DNA of 22,248 nt from Rhizaria sp. SCN 62-66 (lineage: Eukaryota), in assembly GCA_001724265.1 (NCBI GenBank), contig MEDY01000197.1, positions 62,001 to 84,248 of the forward strand, in the 5' to 3' direction. This document shows, piece after piece, positions 9,801-18,800 of the stretch (position 1 is its first letter; the number at the start of each line of letters is the position of its first letter). The notes under the pieces were generated by a model. The model did not search any database, was not told where the DNA came from, and saw only the letters and a program-made list of their open reading frames with translations. Both the position numbers and the translations under genes were made by a program.

Positions 9801-12800
9801 GGGCGGCGGCGGTGCGCGCGGGAGCAGGCGCGCCGCCGTCGGCAAGGGTTCGGTTCCTGTGCGTCCTTCGCAGTCGACGACGTCACGGGTGCGCGTGCTG
9901 TCGAACAACCGTGCCAGTTATAACGTCAGCGAGTGCTCGCAAGATGGCGAAGGTGGCAGCGGCGGCGGCGGGTTCCTCAGCACAATCGCGTTGGACCTCT
10001 CCGCATCCGCGGCCGCGGCGACGGTGGCGCTCGCGGACGGTGCGACGCTGCTGGACCAGCTGATGACCGCACCGTCCCCGCAGTCGCGCGCGGCCTCGGG
10101 GCTGGCGCACCGCGGCGGCCGGTCAGCATCTTCCGCCGCGATGTTCGTGGCCGCCGGTAACTCCGTGTTGCTCGCGCCTGGACAGGTCAACAGCCCACCG
10201 ACCGTAGTTGCGCTTCCCGGCGCCACTCTCGGCGACAGCAACAACGCTAGCAACAACAACACTAAGCTGAGCGCGTACGCTGAGGTCGTGCCTGACGCGG
10301 CCCGCAGTCCACTCGACGACGATGACTCCGCGCTGCCGTCACTGGCGCTCAACATGCGCTGGTCCAACTCCGGTTCCGGCCCCAGCTCAGCGCGCGACTC
10401 ACGTCCCGGCTCCCGCTCTCTGTGCCGCGGCTCCCCACGCGCTGCCAGCGGCGGTATCGGTGTGGGCTCGCGCGCAGGCTCCCGGGCCGCATCCCGGTCA
10501 CGCTCGCGCTCGCGTGACGCGCGTCTGCTCTGCAGCACGGGCAACTACATGCTGCCGCTGCCCACAACGCTCGACCCCAACGCCAAACCGCTTCCCGGCA
10601 GCAACAGCGGCTGCGGCGAAGTGTTCTCGCCCGACGGCGGCGCCGTGTCGCGCTCACGGTCACCGTCGCGCACCCCGCGTCTCACGCCGCGACTGACTCC
10701 ACGGCTAACACCGAGGCTGACGCCGCGTCAGTCGCCGCTGGTGACCGGACTGACCACATTCTCGGAAGAGTCCGACTACTTCGCCTCTGGCAGCAACGCG
10801 CCACCGCCATTGATGCTTGGCGTTGCGCCCAGCGGCGATAGCATCGCGACCAGTAGTGTCAGCGTCGCGTTCGCAGACGGCGGTTCGTCTTCGTTGTCGT
10901 CATTGACTGGCCCCGGCGCCTTATTGCGCTCGCGCCGCACGCGTCCGCTGAGCGTTGTCATCGAAGACCCTCTCGGTTTCGCATGTGCCGCTGCGTCTCC
11001 CGCCGCCGCTGCTGCTGGTACTGTTGGCACAGGCCCTGTGCTCCATTTGGAGCAGTCGCCGCGCGCGCGTAGAAACAGCATCGACGACATCACGCCGCGC
11101 CAGTCGCCTCGGTCGCTCTCTGGAACCAACTCGAGCGCCAGCATGCACAGCACCTCCGCGGCGGCCGCAGCGGCTGCAGCGGTGTCGTCGGTGCTTTCTC
11201 CGACGGGACTGGTGGGTGCTGCACAGATCAGCGCGTTCGGTCTGCGCGGTTTCCGCGGCGCCACGCTTGATATTCAGGCTGAGAACACGTGGTCAAGTGC
11301 CGCCTCGAACGACGCCAACGATGTCAGCAGTATCGCCAACACTCTCAGCGGTCCGCGCCCGCTACTTGCGCCCACGCCCGTGCGCTCATCCGGCGCGACC
11401 GCCAGCGGCGGCAGCATGGCTGAGCGCCTCGTGCGGTCTCCGTACGACGGGCACGCGCCGCACTCGATCGGCGACGGCTCTAGTGCCAGCACGGAGAACT
11501 CTCCGCCCGACATGCTGCTGCGGCGGCTGGACACGACGGCGAACCTTAACATCGCCGACGGCAACGGGGGCGACGTGGACTCCGACGAAGACAACGACTC
11601 GCTGCAGAGCTCGCACGAGGTCGCGCCTGCGCTCGTGCATGCCGCCAGGGTTGCGACGACGACGGCGCTGCCGATGATGCCGACACCCAAGACCTCCGGC
11701 ATGCGTTCCCCCCAGCGCCGCATCGAAAGCCCGCCGCCAAACGTCGGCACACGCGGGTCTTCTTCTGCTGTCACTCTGCGCACCGGCTCCAGCTCTACGC
11801 CGACTTCGCTGTCGACGTCGTCCGCGGCTTCGCCAACGTCCGCCAACGCCCCTGTTCCCGAGGTCCCCACGGCGCCTCCGTCGAGCACGCACCTCGCGAG
11901 CCCGCTGTGTCCGTCGGGGTCAACGCGCGGGATGCAGCCGCGCACGGTCTTCACCTTCGGCTCCACAGCCGCGCCCTCCGCCTCGGCCGCGGGCAGCGCG
12001 GTGGTCTCGCCCAGAGCCGCGATGGCCATGGGGCAGCCGCCAGTGCACCCGGGCAGCGCCGCCGGGTCCCCGCGCAACGGCTACGGCCCCGCGGCGCAGA
12101 TGTCTCCGCTGCCGCAGCGCCACAGGCGCCAGCTATCCTCGTCAGGGCTCGTGCTGCCGCTGCTCACGCCGCGCACCTCGCTTGTCGGTGCCGGGCTCGG
12201 TCTTCCGCTCAACGGCGGCGCGGGTAGCGACGGCGTGGTGCACAACGCACTCCACGTGTCCCCGCCCGGTGTGATGTCCGATGTCCGGTCTCCGGGCTCC
12301 AGCGCGCCCGCGACGCCGTGCCGCAGCAATGAGCTTGCCGCGAGACTCTCCACAGCTCTGCCCATCGCCATCGCCATCACGGCCCCGCCTGGCGCGGCCC
12401 CGCTCTTAGTCGCGACCCCCGCGGGCAGCGTCAACGCGTCGCTTAACAGCCACAGCCACAGCGGCGCGCTCACCATGCGCGCCGCCCCGGCCGCCGCGGG
12501 CCGCAGCGAGTGGCTCGCCTCCGCGCACCGTTTGGGCCGCATGCGCCAGCGCGTGCGCCAGCTCGTCCTCGAGCTCTTGACCGGTGAAACGGCGTACGAC
12601 GCCACGCTCGCCTCGCTCGAGCGGCCCTTCGTCAGCCCCATGGCCGCGCTGCTCCGCGCAGACCGCGCCCGCGCTCGCACTGCCGCTGCGGCCGCGACCG
12701 CGGGCGTGCTGCCGTCGCGCCTCGTCGCCGCGCGCATGAACCACACTGCCGCGCCCGCGCCAGCGTCGTCAGCGGTGCCGGGCATGCTTGCGGTCGGCGG

Positions 12801-15800
12801 CGGCGGTCTCGCGGTCGCCTGCGACGGCTGTGTGGCGATCGAGCCGCACCCGACGTGGCTCAACATCGTGCCATCGCTTGCCGCGCCCGTCTGCGCGCCG
12901 ACTCTCGGCATGCCGCCCGCTATCGGTGTTGCCGCCGCACAGGCGCTGGCGTCGCTTGCACAGGCTCTCACCAGCCTCAGCAGTAGCAGCGGCGCGGGCA
13001 GCGCGAGCGCAACAACAACGGGTACTGCATCGTCGCTGTGCGCGATGCCGCAGACGCCCGGAACCACCGTGACTTCGTTCCTGCCCCCGGCGCCGTCACC
13101 CGCGCTCAGCGGCCGCTCGCACTCGCCGCACTCGACCACGATCCGCTCCGTCACTGCCATGGCGGCGCCCGTCGTCGTCTCGATCGCCGCTCACGGCGGC
13201 GCACACGGTGGCGCTAGCGTCCCGCGCTCGCGGCCCACGCCGACGCCGACGCCCGTGCCGCTGCCATGGGGCGCCCCCATCGGCAGCGGACTCGTCGCAG
13301 CTTCCCCCTCGCCGTCCATCTCGCTCACTGCGTCCGATCGCGCTGCTACTGCCGCTGCCGCCACCGCAGCCGCTCCGGCGGCGAGTCTCGGCGACGGTGG
13401 GGACGAGTTCACGCCTGTGGTCTCCGGCGCGGCGCTGCGGCGCACTGGTGGCGCCAGCGGGTCGTTTTCCACACACATGCCCACGCGCCGCGGCGCCAGT
13501 TTGTCCGTCTCGGTCGCGGCCTCCAACGCGCAGTCGAACTCGCACTTGCACCCGTACTTGACGGCGCATCAACCGCTTGGTTCGACTTCTGTCGCATCTA
13601 ACGGTGGCGCCACGCAACCGACCCCGCCCGGCACGCACCAGTCTCTCGCCCTCGCCCAGGGGCTGTTGAGCAGCAGCAGCGGCGTGAGCGACCGTGGCGT
13701 CGCCGCGTCCGAGCGCCTCGGTCCGCGCCGCACACCGTACGAGGTCGCGATGACGCCCGCGCTTAGCACGACACCCAGCACTGCTGACAGCCACATGCCG
13801 TACATGGCGCTGATGCCACCGGCCTCGCAGACCGGGCCCGCGTCATACGCCGCCACGCCGCTCTTCGGCCCCCTCAGCGGCCCCGCTGTGCTAGCAACAA
13901 CAGCTGCGGCGACGGGGCAGCTGTCGTCGCCGGCCGCGCTCGCCGCCGCCGCCACCACGGGCGCGTGGGACTGGGCCGCGCACCGCCGTGCCGCGTGGTC
14001 GCTACTCGGCGAGCCGGGCGCGGGCGGATTCCTCCCGCTGCGGTCTGACGGAAACCTCGACTTTCAGCACGTGCCCTTTGCTCAGGAGGCCGCCACGGAC
14101 GCCGTCACGACCGCGATGGCGCAACTCTCCGCGGCTGGCGGTGCTAGCATGGGCGGCGGCATCCGCATCGCCTTGCCGTACGTGCCTGCCGGACCGCTGG
14201 CGACGGACAGCGGTGACGAAGAAATGTTCACTGTGGGCTCTAGCTCCGCGGCCTTTGCGACGGCAATCTCGCCCGACGGCACTGCCGCCGTCAGCGGGCT
14301 CTCGCGCATGGCCGCGGGCGCGGTGATTCTCAACGTGCCCAGTCTCGCCCCCGCGTCCGTCTTCGCCGCGGCCTCGTGGCCGTTAGCCTCAAGCACCGCG
14401 GGCGCCGGCGCCTCCGCAGTTGCGCTGCTCGCGCTGCCCGCGCAGCCGCACGCGCCCAGCACCGCGATGCCGTCGTACCCCCCGCAGCTGCCGCTCGCGT
14501 CGCTTTCCCTCACCGCGCACGTGCGCACGCTTCTCGGCCCGCTGCCGCAGCTGTTGCGCCAACACCGGCGCTTTGCCGCGCGTCTCAATGCTGTGCTCTC
14601 GTCGGCGATTGTGCTCAGCTCAGACGCCGCCCAAGCCGCGACAGGAGACTTCGGCAGCGGTGGCGGTGGCGGCGGCTGGGATGACGATGACGACGACGAC
14701 GGAAGCTGGGACAACTCCTTCCCGCCCTCACACTCACCCTCACACGCTTCCGGTGCCGTGGCCACCGTCATCAACGCCGAGGGCTCTGAGGCGCGCTCGC
14801 TGGCCGCGCTCACCCGTGCCGTCGCTAGCGCATTCGCGAGCACTGCACCCTCCTCCGTGCTGATCAACGGCACCGGCTCAGGCACCGGCGCCACGTCAAC
14901 GCGTGCCGGCGCTGTGCAGTCTCTCGGTCAACTCTACGCCGCTTACGTGCGCCAGGCCCCGCGCTCTGTGCGCGTTTTGGGGCTCATCGACCGCGCAGGG
15001 CCGTACCCAGTCGCCGCCGCGCGCGCCGCCGCCGCAGCGCCCGCGGGCGCGACGGCCGCGACGCTCGCCGCCGCGGTGACGGACTCCGCGCCCGCAACGG
15101 GACTCGTCGAGGCCGCCAGCGAGCTCAACTGGAACGTGCTGGGTGCCGCCGCCGTTGTCGCTGCGGCGGCTGCGGCGGCGGCGTCGATGCCGTCTGTGTC
15201 GACGTCGTCGTCCTCGGCATCGATGTCCGCCGCTACCGCCGCGGCCGTCTCTGGAGGCAAGGCGAGCGCCACAAACGGTCACTCAGCGTCGCAGGCCGCT
15301 GCAGTCGCCGTCGAGTGTGGCGTGTTCACGCCTGAGCACCCCCTGGCGCGCTTGTGCCAGTGCGCGCCCGGCACGTGCTCTTCTTCGCTCACCTCGCCAG
15401 CGGCCGTCTCCGCGCTCACTGCCACCGCCAACGCGGTCATCTCCGCTGGCGCCGCTAACAGCAACGGCGGTAATAGCGGCGCGTCGACCGTCGCGCTGCC
15501 TTCACGCTCCATCATGGCGACCTCAGCCGCCGCCGCTGCAGCCGCAGCGAGCGTGGCTGCCGCCGCCAACGCCGTCGTCGTTAACGCCGCCTCCGCCGCA
15601 GTCTCCGCCGCGACCGCGCTCGCGCTCACCGCCTGTGGCGCGCCCGCAGCCGCTGCGGCCGCCAGCGGCTCGGCGTCATCGGCGTCGTTTGATGTGCTGA
15701 CGCCGACGCCCTCCGCGGCCTCCGCCACGGCCGCGGGCTCGCTGGGCGGCGCTGCGGGCGACGGGCGCACTGAGTTATCGGTGTATCTATCGGCGCTGCG

Positions 15801-18800
15801 GTTGCACTTGCGCGGCCGCCGTGGCCACGGTCGCGGCCTCGACCTGGGTTCGCTGCTCATCGCGCCCGTGCACCGCGTTATCGTCTACCGCTCTCTGCTG
15901 ACGGACCTGCGCGCCGCCGTGGCCGCCGCCATCGTGCTCGCGCGCGAAGTCGCCGCGCAGCGCCGTGTGTCCGCCGGACTCGCGCGCGTGCGTAACGCAG
16001 CAGACCCGGCCGCGGCGCTGCGTGAGCTCGTGCGCAACGGCCCCGCGGGGCTCGCTCCGCCCACGCCCACAGCCACGGCGGCGCACTCGCCGTCGCACGG
16101 CGACGCTGCGGGCGCGCAGTCGTTCTTCACGACAGCGCAACAGCAACAACAGCAGCATCAGCCGGGCTCCGGTGCGTCGTCCGCGGCGGCTACGCCCGCG
16201 CAAGGCCGGCTCAGCAAGCTGCTCGTCGCGCCCTCGGGGTTCGCCCGCCGGCCTGCGCGCGGTGACAACGTGGACCCGGGCGTGGCGGCCGCACTGGCCG
16301 AGGCTGAGGAGTGCGAGGCGCTGCTGCCGCTGCTCGACCGCGCGCTGAGAGCTGTGTCGCTCATGCACGACGAGGCGCTGCCGTCCAGCTCACCCACGGG
16401 CACCACCACCGCTGCCGCTACAACTGCCGCCGCAGCCGCCGCGAACGCGCTGCCGGCCTCAGGCTCTGGCCGGGGCACGCCCTCGCTCGGTGGCTCTGGC
16501 TCGGCGGCCGGCGTTTCCCCTGCGCCCGGCTCCGGCGGCGTTTCGGCCTCGACCGGCGACGCGCGGCCCGCGGCGTTGGCATCGTTTGCGCGCCAGGACC
16601 GCCGCGGCGGGGCCAGCAAGGTGCTGCCGCCGCGCGGGCCGTCGTCGTTCTCGCCTGCGCCCAAGCCCACCGTCGCGGCGCGCCCGCCCATGGTCCTGCC
16701 AGTGACCCCAGCCTCCTCTATCTCCGCCTCCACCGCAACTGCGCCTGTGGCAGCGTCGTCGCCGCGGCGCGATGACGATTCGTCGGATGCCACGCCGTCG
16801 CCGATGCCGATGCCGCGCGTGCAGCGCCGTGGCTCGCTCACGGCCGCCCTGGAGGAGCACCAGGCGTACATCTCCATGGCCGCCGCTGAGGCCGCCGCTG
16901 CGGGCGCCGCTGCCGCCGCCGCCGCGGCTGCCGACGTCGAGCTCGGCACGGAGACGGAGGAAGAGCGCTCTGTGAAGCGCCGCCCTTCGAGCACGTCGCG
17001 CACGACGCCGCACCTGGACCGGCTCAAAACCGCGCCCGTGCGCGGCGACACTGCCGACGGCGACGAGCAAGACGTGCTAATCGACACGTTCCCGGACGAG
17101 TCGCCGTCGCGTTCATCCTCAGCACCGCCCTCGCCTTCGGTGTCGCCGCGGCAGTCGCTGGCGCTCGCGCCACAGCAGCCCGCGGCCGCCGTGGCGCCCA
17201 TGGAGCTCGTGTTTGAGTGCGTCAAGGCGAAGCTGCTGGGCCGCTCTACCGCGCGCGTGATGATCATCTCGCCCAGCGCGCGCTCACTCACAATCACCAA
17301 GGACGTCACCGTGATCGCGGCGGTCGCGTCGTCATCAGAGTGGGCTGCACGCCACGGCAACGGCGGCGGCGCTGCTGTCGGCTCGTCGGGCGCGTCGTCG
17401 TCGTACACATCGAGCTCTGGCACCACGCGCAAGAGCAGCACGATCGGCAACGACATGAGCGAGTGCAGCGTCTCGCGGATCACCGCCGCCGCGCGGCCCG
17501 GTCCCGGCGCTGCGCTCGAGTCTGTCGCCGATGACAGCACGAGCGAGTGGGTTCCCGGCGACACGTCGCTCGCCTCGTTTACCACCTACGGGCCCGGCGC
17601 CGCGCCTGCCGTCGCTGGGGGCGGCAACATCGAAGTCTCCGTCTCGCGGCTGGCTATGGCCACGCAGTCGCACCCGGTCGCCGCAAGCGCGAGAGCGGCG
17701 GCTGATCGCTCGCAGTTTGTCAGCGGGCCTGGTTCGTTGGGTGCGATTGCGGCCGCTGCGGCGCCCGGTGTGTCGTTTGTGATGTACCGCAACACCGTCG
17801 TTTCCTGCTCCGTTGTCAGCTCCGGCAAGTACAAGGAGCGTGCCGTCGTGCTCAAGTTCTACAAGGACAGTAGTGGCCACTCATCCGCCGCGCGCCAGCA
17901 GGGCGCTGCGCCTAACGCCAGTGGAGGCAAGTCCGTGCGCCGTCTGCTGCGCATGCAGGCAGAGGCCAAATATGTCTTCCCGTCGACCGAGGTGTGCCAG
18001 CAGTTTTACTCGATGTTGCGCGTATACGTGCTCTCCGAGCCCGCTCCTGGCGCGCAGCCTGCCGTGGCTTTCACGCGCGACGCAACGCCCACAATGCTTA
18101 CGCAAGCGCCCTCGTCGACTGTGCTCGGCAGCACGCTCGACCGTGGCCGCCTCGGTACGCCCTCGCTGCTCGCACCGGGCCCCACGACTTCCTTCAGTGA
18201 CCGCACGAGTTCCAGCACGCCTGGCGTCGGCGACACGATGTTTGGCGGCGTGTCGAATTCGCCCGCACTGCCCACTGGCTTTTCCCCCGCCAACGGCGGT
18301 GGTGCGAATACACCTGCGGGTGCAATGGTCGAGTTCGTGCCGCAGCCGCTGCGGCCGACGCCGGCGCAGCGGCGCACTGTGGCCGCGCTACCCACTGGCA
18401 CCGTCGAGACGATTGCGTCGCGCATGCACACGTGCTGGGTCGTCGGCCGCGTCGCGGACGGCTGGCGTTGGGGCGCTGTTACTGCGGGCGCTGCCAAGAC
18501 GCACGCGCTGCTGGTGCCTGCAGAGGACCTTCCTCTGAATGAGTGGCGCGCAGCTGTGGAGCTCGCTGTGTCCTCGCTCTCCGCCATCTTTGCCCTCGGG
18601 TGCGCCGTGGCGCCCGCGAGCACTCCGCCCTCGACCTCATCGTTTGCGACGACGCAGTCTCACGGCGGACAAGACCACGCACAGTCACATCACGTCGGCG
18701 GCCACGGCTCGCCCGGTGCGGGCGTCTCGGCGTCGTCTGGCAACAGCAACGGAAGTGCTGCGACTCAAGGCGCCGCCGTGCAGGGCGCGGCGCTGGTGCT

